64,000 bases of DNA from Calditrichia bacterium (GTDB lineage: Bacteria > Calditrichota > Calditrichia > RBG-13-44-9 > J075): NCBI GenBank assembly GCA_050633245.1, contig JBOEGD010000012.1, positions 1 through 64,000 on the forward strand, given 5' to 3'. The translations under genes and the position numbers were made by a program. Positions within the stretch are counted from its first letter, which is position 1; each line of letters opens with the position of its first letter. This document shows, one piece after another, positions 49,932 to 59,809 of the stretch. Below the pieces are notes generated by a model. The model was not told the origin of the DNA, did no database searches, and saw nothing but the letters and a program-made list of their open reading frames with translations.

Positions 49932-49969
49932 GCGATTAGCTGGTTCGCAGTTAATAACAGTCTTATGCA

Positions 49970-50004
49970 GTTCTTCTTTGCCACACTTATTGGCAAAGAA
50001 GAAC
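49970..50004 (+). repeat. 14-bp perfect hairpin after the TBDR gene (stabiliser or weak terminator; no U-tract)
   Basis: gttcttctttgcca / tggcaaagaagaac. Confidence 0.65.
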
Positions 50005-50074
50005 GATTCAATATGTTTATGACAATAGACAATGTTTAAGTGCTTCAACGCTACTTCTCTATGCAAGGAAAGAA

Positions 50075-51160
50075 ATGAATAAGCCTTTGAAACTGGCAGT
50101 GCTCGGAGTGGGTAGAATGGGTTTTATTCATGCACGCCACGTTCAGGAACTGGCCGAGAAGACCAATACCTGTCAACTGGTTGCTGTAGCTGACACAGAT
50201 AGAGACTTCTCCGCCAAAACAGCCCATAAGCTCCAGCAACATCAGAATACAAAAATTTACTCCTATGCGAGTGCTACGGAACTGGCAATTAGCAATAGTA
50301 TAGATGCTGCAGTTATTGCTTCTCCCACTGTAAATCACTATCAAGATACCAAAATACTTGTTGATGCAGGCTATCGCGTGCTTTTAGAAAAACCGCTCAC
50401 TGCTTCACTTCAAGATGCGAAAGAACTTACAGGCTATTTAGACTCCAGTCAGAAGGCCAGTACTTCTGTGATGCTGGCTTTTATGAGGCGATTTGACGAG
50501 CCATTAATGCTGGCAAAAAAACTATTGGACTCCGGCAAAATTGGCCGTCCGTTTAAATACTCGTCTATTTTGGAAGATCCGCTTCCACCACCGGAAGGTT
50601 ATATCAGCCCGGGGCTTTTGCTGGATATGGCAATTCATAATATTGATGAAATTCTCTGGCTGCATGGAGACAAACCGGAACGTGCGATTGCTTTCGGCTC
50701 AAACCTCTATAGCCATGGAGAAAGTGATGTTGAGGAAGATTTTGATGATGCAATGCTGCAATTATGGTTTCCGGGTAATGTGCTCGGGCAGATTCAGGTA
50801 AGCAGAAATCACGTCGCGGGCTATCGTGCCGAAACGTGGATTTACGGTGAGCAAGGTATGATTCACGTTGGACATTTTCAGGATGACCCACATGCCATTT
50901 CCGTGAACTCTTATAGTCGTGACAATCAGGTGATTGAGAAAAAGATATTCATGCAGCGAAAGTATGAGGAGGACGTTCCGGTTTTTGCAACCCGGTTCGG
51001 CAATTCCTATAAATCCGAACTGACTCATTTTGTCGATCAATGTCATACCAACTCTCCATTTTCCGTGACACATATAGATGGATTTCTCGCACAACAGGTT
51101 GCTTTCGCGAGTCAACGCACGGTAAAAGGCGCAGATGGCGCGAATCTCATTAGATACTAA
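50075..51160 (+). CDS. Gfo/Idh/MocA oxidoreductase, inositol-2-dehydrogenase-like
   Basis: GVGRMG, EKPL, FMRRFD, LDMAIHNID and RFGNSYKSEL. Confidence 0.85.
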   Translation: MNKPLKLAVLGVGRMGFIHARHVQELAEKTNTCQLVAVADTDRDFSAKTAHKLQQHQNTKIYSYASATELAISNSIDAAVIASPTVNHYQDTKILVDAGYRVLLEKPLTASLQDAKELTGYLDSSQKASTSVMLAFMRRFDEPLMLAKKLLDSGKIGRPFKYSSILEDPLPPPEGYISPGLLLDMAIHNIDEILWLHGDKPERAIAFGSNLYSHGESDVEEDFDDAMLQLWFPGNVLGQIQVSRNHVAGYRAETWIYGEQGMIHVGHFQDDPHAISVNSYSRDNQVIEKKIFMQRKYEEDVPVFATRFGNSYKSELTHFVDQCHTNSPFSVTHIDGFLAQQVAFASQRTVKGADGANLIRY

Positions 51161-51480
51161 CTAAAGATGTTGCCGAACGAACTTCGATTATAGGTTTCAA
51201 TCAACACCTGTCTTTTTGAGAAAAAAATTCTTTTCCTATTGATTGTCTTGGTAGAACAAGATAATTTAAGACAAAAGAGTCTTTATTCTTAAACAGAGGC
51301 ACCAATGACACACTCAGGTCGGGAATAGATAAAAATGATCATAAAGAATGTTGATTTTTCTTTCCAGTTGAGGAAGTCAACATTCCTTTTCGGACAGTAG
51401 CAAGATTAACAATCGCCGGAAGCAACTGCTACGCCCCAAACCTGTATGGAAGCAATAAACAGACGTATAATGGAGGCAAC

Positions 51481-52713
51481 ATGAAGCACCTCAAGTTATT
51501 AGCCATAGCATTTTTATGTGTAACGCCACTTTTCGTTTGGGCGGATGGAGATGAGGAAAATAAAGACTGGAAGTTAATTGCACAAATCCGCCAGCGCTCG
51601 GAAGTCGATAATCGGGATTTTAACAGCGATACCGGGCTCGAATCGTTCACCGGTCTGCGGTCCCGTCTGGGTGTACTGTTCACACCGGCCGAGGACCTGA
51701 GTGCCTTTTTTCAAGTGCAGGATACGCGATTCTTCGGAACGGAAACCAGCACGCTCTTCGACGGTAGGGCAGATAATTTCGACCTGCGCCAGGCCTACTT
51801 CCACCTTAAGGATCTCTTTAGCTGGCCGGTAGATATTAAAATGGGTCGTATGGAAGTAAACTATGGGCCCCAGCGCTTGATCGGCGCGGTTGGATGGCAT
51901 CCAATTGGACGCAGCTTCGATGGAGGAATACTCACCATCAAAGGGGACGGGAAATCTCTCGATATTTTTTCCTTTAAAGAAGTGGAAGAATTTGAAATTG
52001 AAGACAAAGGCGATCGCAGTGTAGGCGGAGCTTACGGAAATATAAATGTCGGGGACAGCCATAAGGTGCAGCCATTTATTATCTGGCAGATCAGCACGCC
52101 GGATTCGATCATCAATCGCTTCACTACCGGATTTTATGTCAATGGAAAGCCCGGCAACTTTCGCCATGAGCTTGAGTTCGCCTATCAGGGTGGTTCAGTG
52201 GGCGATCTGGACGTAGCAGCCTACATGTTTGCAGCTAACTTCGGCTACGTATTCTCAGATGTATCAACAAAACCCATGGTTTCCATCGGCGTTGATTATC
52301 TAAGCGGTGACGATACCTTGGGGGATAATGACATCAAGTTCTTTGACACCCTGTATGGCACCAACCACAAATATTACGGTTTCATGGATTACTTTCTAAA
52401 CATTCCGGTCAATACCTTTGGCCGTGGATTGATGGATCTGCATCTAAGGTCTTCCATAAATATTAACAAAAGCACCAAGCTTGCCTTAGCGCTGCACAAC
52501 TTTTCTTCCACTGAAGACTTTGTGGGAACCGGCGGCGAGACCGAAACCGCGTTCGGAAAGGAAATCGACCTCACACTGACGCATAAGTACAACTCTCAGC
52601 TTGGCATAACCATCGGTGCATCCATATTCTCACCGGGTGAGATCTTTAAACAAGAGCGCGGTGAAGATCTGTCCAGCTGGTATTACCTGATGACAACAGT
52701 TAATTTGAAGTAA
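51481..52713 (+). CDS. Alginate-export-family (AlgE-like) outer-membrane beta-barrel
   Basis: QIRQRSE...RSRLG, LRQAY, GPQRLIG..GW...GRSFDG, YLSGD, THNKY-like TNHKYYGFMDYF and GKEIDL. Confidence 0.82.
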   Translation: MKHLKLLAIAFLCVTPLFVWADGDEENKDWKLIAQIRQRSEVDNRDFNSDTGLESFTGLRSRLGVLFTPAEDLSAFFQVQDTRFFGTETSTLFDGRADNFDLRQAYFHLKDLFSWPVDIKMGRMEVNYGPQRLIGAVGWHPIGRSFDGGILTIKGDGKSLDIFSFKEVEEFEIEDKGDRSVGGAYGNINVGDSHKVQPFIIWQISTPDSIINRFTTGFYVNGKPGNFRHELEFAYQGGSVGDLDVAAYMFAANFGYVFSDVSTKPMVSIGVDYLSGDDTLGDNDIKFFDTLYGTNHKYYGFMDYFLNIPVNTFGRGLMDLHLRSSININKSTKLALALHNFSSTEDFVGTGGETETAFGKEIDLTLTHKYNSQLGITIGASIFSPGEIFKQERGEDLSSWYYLMTTVNLK

Positions 52714-52735
52714 TATCATTCAAGAAAATCTGTAG

Positions 52736-52778
52736 AAAAAAAGCGTTCCTTATAAAAACGGTGAGGAGCGCTTTTTTT
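52736..52778. terminator. Intrinsic terminator
   Basis: aaaaaaagcgttcct...aggagcgcttttttt. Confidence 0.8.
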
Positions 52779-53134
52779 AGACCGTGTTGACAACAGCAAT
52801 TTTCAGAGAAAGTAGACGAATTATGCCACTCCGCGAGGCTTGTGGAATCTTTTTTTTACTTAGCTCTAATGACTCGGGGCTAAAACGAGATGTTTAGATA
52901 AAAATGTTCTAAAAAGCAACAGAGGTACTTTAATATGTATAGTAGCGTACATCATAAAACTACATAAACCCCAGAGGGGTAACATAAAATCAAATTGTCC
53001 ACACGATCTAATGGATCTCCAAAAAACAGCGAGTTTTTATCTGGAGATTGATCGAATAGCTCTCCCTAAATCAATCCGGCTTGGCTTCAATTCCATAGAT
53101 CCCTATATTCTCTTTTACGTCTAACAGGAGATGT

Positions 53135-54277
53135 ATGGAGACATTTCAAGCAAGTGTAGTTGATGGTATGTATAGCGGGATGCTCATCATGTCTTCCCTT
53201 CAGGGATTTGTTCTGGCAGCAATTCTATTTTTTCATGCCCGGCTAAAGAGTCGTTCCAATCAATTTTTAGCACTTTCCTTATTCGCCGTCTCGATTGTGG
53301 TATTGTACGACGGTCTATATTATGTGAATCTGAATAATCTTGCCGATTCGATTCTGGCCTTTCTTCCCATTTACTTAACAAGCCCAATCTCGATCGGTAT
53401 TTATTTTTTTGTTACTTACCTGATCCATCCCAAACATCAGCTAACAAGTTGGGAAAAATGGTGGCCTGTACCAATTATCCTTGAAGTATTTCTACAAATT
53501 GGTCTGATAATCATAAATGTGTATTCTGAAAGCGGCACAATTTCCATTTCAGAAAAGTCCATCATACTTATTGAACAATCCATTGGTTTGCCTACATCGC
53601 TGATTCTTATTCCTCTGGCATTAAAGAAGGTCTATCACTATCACACTTTTTTGTTTCAGAATTATTCAACAATTGCCCAAAAAGACCTCAAATGGCTAAG
53701 GCGGGCATTACTTCTTAAATATGGATTAACCTTGTTATGGCTGGTAAGTTTTATATTTGAGTGGGCAGGTTTTTCCGTCAATTTAATTTATGAGATCCTA
53801 ACCCTCAGCTTGGCAATCGTGCTATTTGGTATAAGCTACTTTCTGCTACTACATTACCATCTTTTTCAAATAGTTCCTATCCAGACAGCGGAAAGAACGC
53901 AGGATAATTACCCAAAAAAGCTGTCACCTAAAACTGATCAATATTACGATGTTCTCAAGGATCTAATGCAAAACGAAGCTCTATACAAAAACTCCTCCCT
54001 GACATTAAGCATGCTTGCAGAACGGCTGGAAATTAGCAGTGGCTATTTGTCGCAGATTATTAATGAGAAAGAGCAAAAGAACTTCTTCGAATTTATTAAC
54101 CATTATCGTATCGAGGCAGTAAAAAGCAATCTTGTGGATAAGAAATTCGACCAGTATAGCATTATGGGTATCGCATCCGAATGCGGGTTTAGTTCAAAGT
54201 CGGCATTTAATTCTGTTTTTAAGAAACTTACCGGCTATACACCTTCAGCTTATAAAAAACGCCATCATCCAAGATAG
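53135..54277 (+). CDS. Membrane-anchored AraC-family regulator
   Basis: About 7 TM segments, then LSQIINE...NFFEFINHYRI...IASECGFSSKSAFNSVFKK. Confidence 0.9.
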   Translation: METFQASVVDGMYSGMLIMSSLQGFVLAAILFFHARLKSRSNQFLALSLFAVSIVVLYDGLYYVNLNNLADSILAFLPIYLTSPISIGIYFFVTYLIHPKHQLTSWEKWWPVPIILEVFLQIGLIIINVYSESGTISISEKSIILIEQSIGLPTSLILIPLALKKVYHYHTFLFQNYSTIAQKDLKWLRRALLLKYGLTLLWLVSFIFEWAGFSVNLIYEILTLSLAIVLFGISYFLLLHYHLFQIVPIQTAERTQDNYPKKLSPKTDQYYDVLKDLMQNEALYKNSSLTLSMLAERLEISSGYLSQIINEKEQKNFFEFINHYRIEAVKSNLVDKKFDQYSIMGIASECGFSSKSAFNSVFKKLTGYTPSAYKKRHHPR

Positions 54278-54434
54278 TTTTTAGTTTGGGACCGTCCAGA
54301 ATTCCACACTTTTAAAAACTCCGCACCAGTTTTTTCGCATCAATCTGCATCGATCCGGTATATTTCAGCATTCATAAAAAGAGATGCATACCGACTGTTT
54401 AAGATCAATTAACCTTAAAGGAACGAAGAAAAAG

Positions 54435-55604
54435 ATGAATAGAAGAGAATTCCTGAAACTTTCCAGCATACTTGGCCTTTCCGCACCATTTTACTCATTG
54501 CTTAGCTCATGCAATAAAAATACTCTGGGTGTTGGAAATTTTTCCGGATCGGTAACCATCATCGGCGCCGGTGCAGCGGGAATGGCAGCAGGTTATCTAT
54601 TGGCACAGCAAGGTATCGATTATCAAATCCTGGAAGCATCTTCTACCCACGGGGGAAGGATGAAGCGTACCACAAATTTTGCGGATTTTCCGGTGCCACT
54701 GGGTGCAGAATGGCTACACGTTGAAACTGGTATTTTTAAAGAGATCGTTAATAAGAACTCTACTCCAATTAATGTCGATACCACTCCATACGACCGGGAA
54801 ACAGAATATGGTCTCTATGAAGGTCAGCGAGTTTCTATAGAAGAAATGGGATTTAAAAAAGAACGTAAATTCATTAATTCTACCTGGTTCGACTTTTTTG
54901 ATCAATACATCTTCCCTTCTGTGCGGGAGAAGATCATTTATAATACAGTCGTTGAATCTATAGACTACTCAGCAAACAAGGTAGCGATACAAACAGCAAA
55001 CAAAGATTTCTCTGCAGATAAGGTGATTGTTACCATCCCGCTGAAGATCCTGCAGAGTGGAAGCATCACTTTTTCTCCTGAATTACCTCAAAAAAAACAG
55101 TCGGCAATAAACGAAGCTACTGTCTGGGATGGCTGTAAGGCGTTTATTGAATTTTCAGAAAAGTTTTATCCTGCCTTTGTAGGATTTGAGATTCAACCGG
55201 AAAAAGCAGGACAAAAGCTATACTATGATGCCTCCTATGGCCAGAATTCATCGAAACATATTCTGGGACTCTTTGCTGTCGGAAGCGGAACTATTCCCTA
55301 TGTTCAGTTAACCGATGCTGCTCTTATCGACTATATACTTAATGAGTTGGATGTCATTTTTAATAATCAGGCAACTGCCAACTATGTAAAACACATTTTT
55401 CAAAACTGGAATGAAGAACCGCATATTAATGGGGCCTACTTATACGACCACGAAAGTTGGTCCCGGGTACGAAAACTTGGCGATTCGGTAAGCGGAAAGT
55501 TATTTTTTGCTGGTGAGGCATATACAGATGGGGGTGACTGGGCAAGCGTACATGCAGCCGCAAGATCTGCCAGACGGGCGGTCAGCAAGATACTACAGTC
55601 CTGA
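54435..55604 (+). CDS. Flavin-dependent amine oxidase family protein with a Tat signal (possible lipoprotein)
   Basis: MNRREFLK twin-Arg motif, LSSC, IGAGAAG, GGR, LGAEWLH and FFAGEA. Confidence 0.88.
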   Translation: MNRREFLKLSSILGLSAPFYSLLSSCNKNTLGVGNFSGSVTIIGAGAAGMAAGYLLAQQGIDYQILEASSTHGGRMKRTTNFADFPVPLGAEWLHVETGIFKEIVNKNSTPINVDTTPYDRETEYGLYEGQRVSIEEMGFKKERKFINSTWFDFFDQYIFPSVREKIIYNTVVESIDYSANKVAIQTANKDFSADKVIVTIPLKILQSGSITFSPELPQKKQSAINEATVWDGCKAFIEFSEKFYPAFVGFEIQPEKAGQKLYYDASYGQNSSKHILGLFAVGSGTIPYVQLTDAALIDYILNELDVIFNNQATANYVKHIFQNWNEEPHINGAYLYDHESWSRVRKLGDSVSGKLFFAGEAYTDGGDWASVHAAARSARRAVSKILQS

Positions 55605-55690
55605 GTTAAAAGGCACAGCTATAATTTTACTCTCGGTATAAATATGTATGAATGATGTTAACAATCACGAATATCCTACAAAAGAACCAG

Positions 55691-56004
55691 TTATTTATTA
55701 AAAGTCTCATCTATCTTTGCCTTAGCCACTTTCTTCAGATTCAAACAAACTCCAGGACTTACTTTCGTCGATATCCAATCAGCTCCTTCCTCTTTCCCGG
55801 CGACTTCTCATGTCCCTTAGAGAAAGTACCAATTCTCACTAACAGTTTTATGAACCATAGCGGTGCTAGTTTGTTCAACTGGTATCGAACAATGACATAT
55901 ACCTCCAGCTTCATAGGTCGTCAAGAGGCGAATCTCTGAACCATCTGGAGCAAGAGGTCATATTCCGTTTTCAAAATTTCCGTTACAATTTTTTGCTTTT
56001 TCAT
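55691..56004 (-). pseudogene. Degraded cupin-domain gene with a frameshift and internal stops
   Basis: AGGAGG and ATG 56004 give MKKQKIVTEILKTEYD. After a 1-nt frameshift the frame reads LAPDGSEIRLLTTYEAGGICHCSIPVEQTSTAMVHKTVSENWYFL*GT*EV...VSPGVCL, which matches the cupin H-x4-E-xWYF pattern. Confidence 0.7.
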
Positions 56005-56236
56005 GTCTTCCTCCTGCCTCCTTAAGACTGCAAGATAAAGCCTCACTCTACCGCATTTAATTTAGACAAAACTACTCATACCAATCAGGTTAGAACGTTC
56101 GGTATACAATGAGGATAGTATTCAAATAAAGTTTCAAATCTTTGATCTCCTAAGAGAATAATCCCAAGCAAAAACCTAATAGATAATTGCGGGCCAGCAA
56201 CTCCCATGTAGCATGAACCCAACAACAACTTCGCAA

Positions 56237-56992
56237 CTACCACCATACACCGAACGTAGCCAAGTAGCTCATTCCACTTGATTCAATCCTCTTTTCCAGA
56301 GGTAAACGAAAAACCTCTTCGGCATCTTCATCTTTTAAAAGGGTTTTACCATATAGAGCGGAGACAGCAATCGAAAAACCATTATCCAATTGCAAATAGA
56401 GGCCAGTTTCTAAATTCCAGCCGTTTCCATAGGAGTTCTGCTCAATGACAGCATCAGTATCAGGATTTTTTATCTTACTTTTCAAAATATTATATGTGTA
56501 AGAAGGCCTTATCAAAACGCCAAAATCCTCGATCACCGAATGAGTTCGAATACCACTCTCAAGAAAGTTATTATTGATACCAATATCAAATAACGAGGCG
56601 CGAAGGGTAAGTCTTACTGAAAGCGGGACAAGGAATCGGTTATAGTTTAGCTCAGCGATTTCTGTGAATGAATCCGTTGGTTCAGACGGAGCCAGTACAT
56701 AATCAAATGACGTATATTTTTCGTTGAAGAAAAATCCCCCTAAGCCAATATCAGCTCTAACTTCGCCCTCACCCGATAATACCTGATAATAAAATATACC
56801 CCAATAGTCCGCTACCGGGAATACATTCGAATATGATGCACCATAGCTAATGTCAACATATTGTGATTTATCATGGGCTGCGACAAACTGACTTGGCAAA
56901 CAAATCAAGCAGGTGCTAGTTAACACCATCAACCTGTTAATACTAAATATTTTCCTCATCAGTCCCTTGTGATTAAGAATATCAAACAGCAA
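56237..56992 (-). CDS. Hypothetical exported protein, possible small outer-membrane beta-barrel
   Basis: Signal-like segment ending AAH, alternating beta strands and an aromatic C-terminus (TFGVWW). The true start is probably ATG 56959 or later. Confidence 0.6.
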   Translation of the reverse strand: MLFDILNHKGLMRKIFSINRLMVLTSTCLICLPSQFVAAHDKSQYVDISYGASYSNVFPVADYWGIFYYQVLSGEGEVRADIGLGGFFFNEKYTSFDYVLAPSEPTDSFTEIAELNYNRFLVPLSVRLTLRASLFDIGINNNFLESGIRTHSVIEDFGVLIRPSYTYNILKSKIKNPDTDAVIEQNSYGNGWNLETGLYLQLDNGFSIAVSALYGKTLLKDEDAEEVFRLPLEKRIESSGMSYLATFGVWW

Positions 56993-57253
56993 TTCATGCT
57001 AGATGTAAGTATTGAGACCTTGCTTGATATATATGCAATTTTCTTTTATTGGCTCTCTCAAAGAGGCCCATAAAATAATTAATTTCAGAAAATTATATTG
57101 GTTTCAGGGGGAGTTGTTATTAAATAATAACAAATACGGTACTGAATTGTCAAGGTCTATTTCTCTGTCAAATCAATGTATTTCCTTACATGCAGCAACC
57201 CCCTGCTAAAGGGTCCTTTTAACAACACACCTGATATTTATAAATGACATTCC

Positions 57254-58108
57254 TTACCCCCTGGCAAGCATCGGAACGGTAAATACTCCCTTAGGTAATT
57301 CAAAATTGCCTCGCGTGAAGAGATAATCCTCTTTGTTCACTACAGCCATATATCCTGAGCTGAGCTTGTCCGGCGTAAAATAGTATTTTATTTTTTGAAC
57401 CGCTTCCGTAGCGATATACGGATACAACTTTTCGATAGTTGGAATCACCTTTCCGACAATATCAAAAAGTTTCAGGAACTGGCCTTCAATTTTATAAATC
57501 ACAAACACATCCAGTTCAGCGATATAATAGATATCATTCTTGAAAAGATTATCACAATACCAAAGGAATAGCCAATTCTGTTCTATATCCCCATACACAT
57601 TGGATATAGAAGTTCGCCTGCGAACGTATTCAGCCAATCGACTTGCATCAGATGCTCGACGAATATCTACGTTACTAACCTGGGAAGGGTGAAAAACCGT
57701 AATCGGTGGTGACGCTTCAAAATGACCGGCCATTTCGATTGGCATAAAGTTGAACTGCTGATAAAAATCTGCCAGATTACGGTTTGCCAGAAGAAACGCT
57801 GACCCATTTTGAGCATTGATGTACGAATCTACCTGCTGGAATAACCGCCTTATCAATCCCTGCTTTCGATAGTCTGGCATCGTGCAAACGGTTTGGACCA
57901 TATAAGCAATTTGCTTTTTCCCGTTTATACACTGATGGAACGTACCGACAGAGACGTTGGCAACAATTTTCCCGTTATCAACAAAAGAAAACGGCATATA
58001 GTGCAGATCATTTTCTTTTAACACTGTAAAGCCGAATATTTTCAGACTCAGTTTATTCAGGCTATCGCGAAGGACAGTATCGCTTGCGTAATTGGTAACG
58101 AATCTCAT
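57254..58108 (-). CDS. GNAT-family N-acetyltransferase
   Basis: IVANVS, acetyl-CoA motif VCTMPDYRKQGLIR, and FYQQFNF. Confidence 0.88.
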   Translation of the reverse strand: MRFVTNYASDTVLRDSLNKLSLKIFGFTVLKENDLHYMPFSFVDNGKIVANVSVGTFHQCINGKKQIAYMVQTVCTMPDYRKQGLIRRLFQQVDSYINAQNGSAFLLANRNLADFYQQFNFMPIEMAGHFEASPPITVFHPSQVSNVDIRRASDASRLAEYVRRRTSISNVYGDIEQNWLFLWYCDNLFKNDIYYIAELDVFVIYKIEGQFLKLFDIVGKVIPTIEKLYPYIATEAVQKIKYYFTPDKLSSGYMAVVNKEDYLFTRGNFELPKGVFTVPMLARG

Positions 58109-58206
58109 TTATTTCTTCCAAAGTATATTTTCTTATGGGGTAATAACTCCAACGGAAGTAATATAATACTGAACAACTAAATTCCGTCAGAGGAGACCGC
58201 CATTTT

Positions 58207-59091
58207 ATGCCCCATATATTAAAGAACGATGAGCTCTCGGTTCACATAGATTTACCGGGAGAGAATTATAACTCTACCCGCTTTGATCAGACCGGTAAAA
58301 TTACAGACGTCCTGTATCGAGGGATTCGCGTATCCGGCGTTGAGAGAACCGATGCAGAGAACGAGAACTCGTTTGGCAAGGGATTCTATAATGAGTTTGG
58401 TATTGACGCTGCGTTGGGGTTTGATGAGGCAGAAGTCGGCGGACGGTTTCACAAAATAGGTGTCGGCTTATTAAGAAAAGACGATGATCAATACCAGTTT
58501 AACAAACGTTACGAGCTACAGCCGGCCAAGTTTGAGGTAATTACCGAATCGAACAGGGTTCTCATAACCTGTAAATCACAGTCTACTTCAGGTTATGCTT
58601 ATATGTTGGAAAAGGAAATTGTTTTGCACGATAGTGCTTTTACCTTGAAATACCGTTTACACAATACCGGTGAAAAGGATATTGTTACCGATGAATACGT
58701 GCATAATTTCACGGCGATTAATGATGAGTTAATGGGACCGGATTATCAGCTGATCTTCCCCTTTCAGCTGAACCCCGATCAATTTACGGCTTCCGTTAAT
58801 CCCGAGCAGGTGATTAGTATTGACAAGCATCAAGTAAATTTTACAGGTTCGCCCGGCGAGCAATTCTTTTTTAGCCATCTTAACGGTAAGCATACTTCTG
58901 TGGCCAAGTGGGAACTGTGGCAACTCAAAAGTAAGATCGGACTAAGCGAAACCGGGAGTTTTCAAACCAATAAAATAAACCTTTGGGGTTGGAAACACGT
59001 GATTAGCCCGGAGTTGTTTTTCTATATACATGTCAAACCTGGTCAATCCACAGAATGGTCCAGAACATATGATGTGTTTAGGTTAGATTAA
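58207..59091 (+). CDS. Conserved hypothetical protein, galactose-mutarotase-like fold suspected
   Basis: RFDQTG, G.YNEFG, FHKIGVG, YVHNF and ISPELF, in a 294-aa ORF with an RBS. Confidence 0.65.
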   Translation: MPHILKNDELSVHIDLPGENYNSTRFDQTGKITDVLYRGIRVSGVERTDAENENSFGKGFYNEFGIDAALGFDEAEVGGRFHKIGVGLLRKDDDQYQFNKRYELQPAKFEVITESNRVLITCKSQSTSGYAYMLEKEIVLHDSAFTLKYRLHNTGEKDIVTDEYVHNFTAINDELMGPDYQLIFPFQLNPDQFTASVNPEQVISIDKHQVNFTGSPGEQFFFSHLNGKHTSVAKWELWQLKSKIGLSETGSFQTNKINLWGWKHVISPELFFYIHVKPGQSTEWSRTYDVFRLD

Positions 59092-59142
59092 GAATACATA
59101 TCATTAGAAAGTACAGTACTCAAAAATGCGCGGGTATATTAA

Positions 59143-59703
59143 TTGGATCAATATTTAAAGTATTCTCTTCGCGAAACTCCGATGATTGGATTATCAATTG
59201 AGCAGGTTAGGACAATGCTTAAGAAATACGACTTTTTTTGTAAAGACACTCCATGGAGTGAAAAATGGGCCAATTCAACTGGCAAGGGAATTGTCCACCA
59301 GTATGAGTTGAATGAAGATGGTTTGATTATTTTCGATAAGTCGACAGACTTATTTTGGCAGCAATCCGGTTCAGGGGAGCTACAAGAAGAAGGAGTATTA
59401 TCTTATATCTCTGAGTTGAATGAGCAACGCTTTGGTGGTTGCTCTAATTGGCGTGTACCGACTCTGGAAGAAGCTATGAGCCTGATGGAACCAAGGCAAG
59501 CCAATAAAGTTTATATTTCTCCAGTATTTGATTCACGGCAACATTGGATATGGACAAGCGATCTACTGGAGGAAAATAAACGGGGATACAGTGATGCAAT
59601 TTGGGATGTCTCATATGGTCAGGGACGTTGCACACTGAATCCATTCGATTTTGCCAACAGCAACTATGTCCGTGCCGTTTACTCTGCAAGTGATCAGAAT
59701 TAA
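59143..59703 (+). CDS. DUF1566 (Lcl C-terminal-like) domain protein, possibly N-terminally truncated
   Basis: DKSTDLFWQQSGS, NWRVPTLEEAMSL, WIWTSD and YVRAV. Confidence 0.8.
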   Translation: MDQYLKYSLRETPMIGLSIEQVRTMLKKYDFFCKDTPWSEKWANSTGKGIVHQYELNEDGLIIFDKSTDLFWQQSGSGELQEEGVLSYISELNEQRFGGCSNWRVPTLEEAMSLMEPRQANKVYISPVFDSRQHWIWTSDLLEENKRGYSDAIWDVSYGQGRCTLNPFDFANSNYVRAVYSASDQN

Positions 59704-59809
59704 TATAGCATTATGATCTTTAGTCTAAATTGCGACGTTGATTGACCATTTAGGCCACGCCTATCGATCTTCTCAATGACCGAGAATTTGATTTTTTGCG
59801 CATGAAGTA

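Noticed and set aside
55602-55604. Other TGA-ending genes (amine oxidase, histidine kinase, NuoF-like, 23134 gene) as Sec read-through candidates
   Set aside because: Their domains appear complete at the stop, or the TGA is part of an ATGA overlap. None has a Cys-equivalent context.
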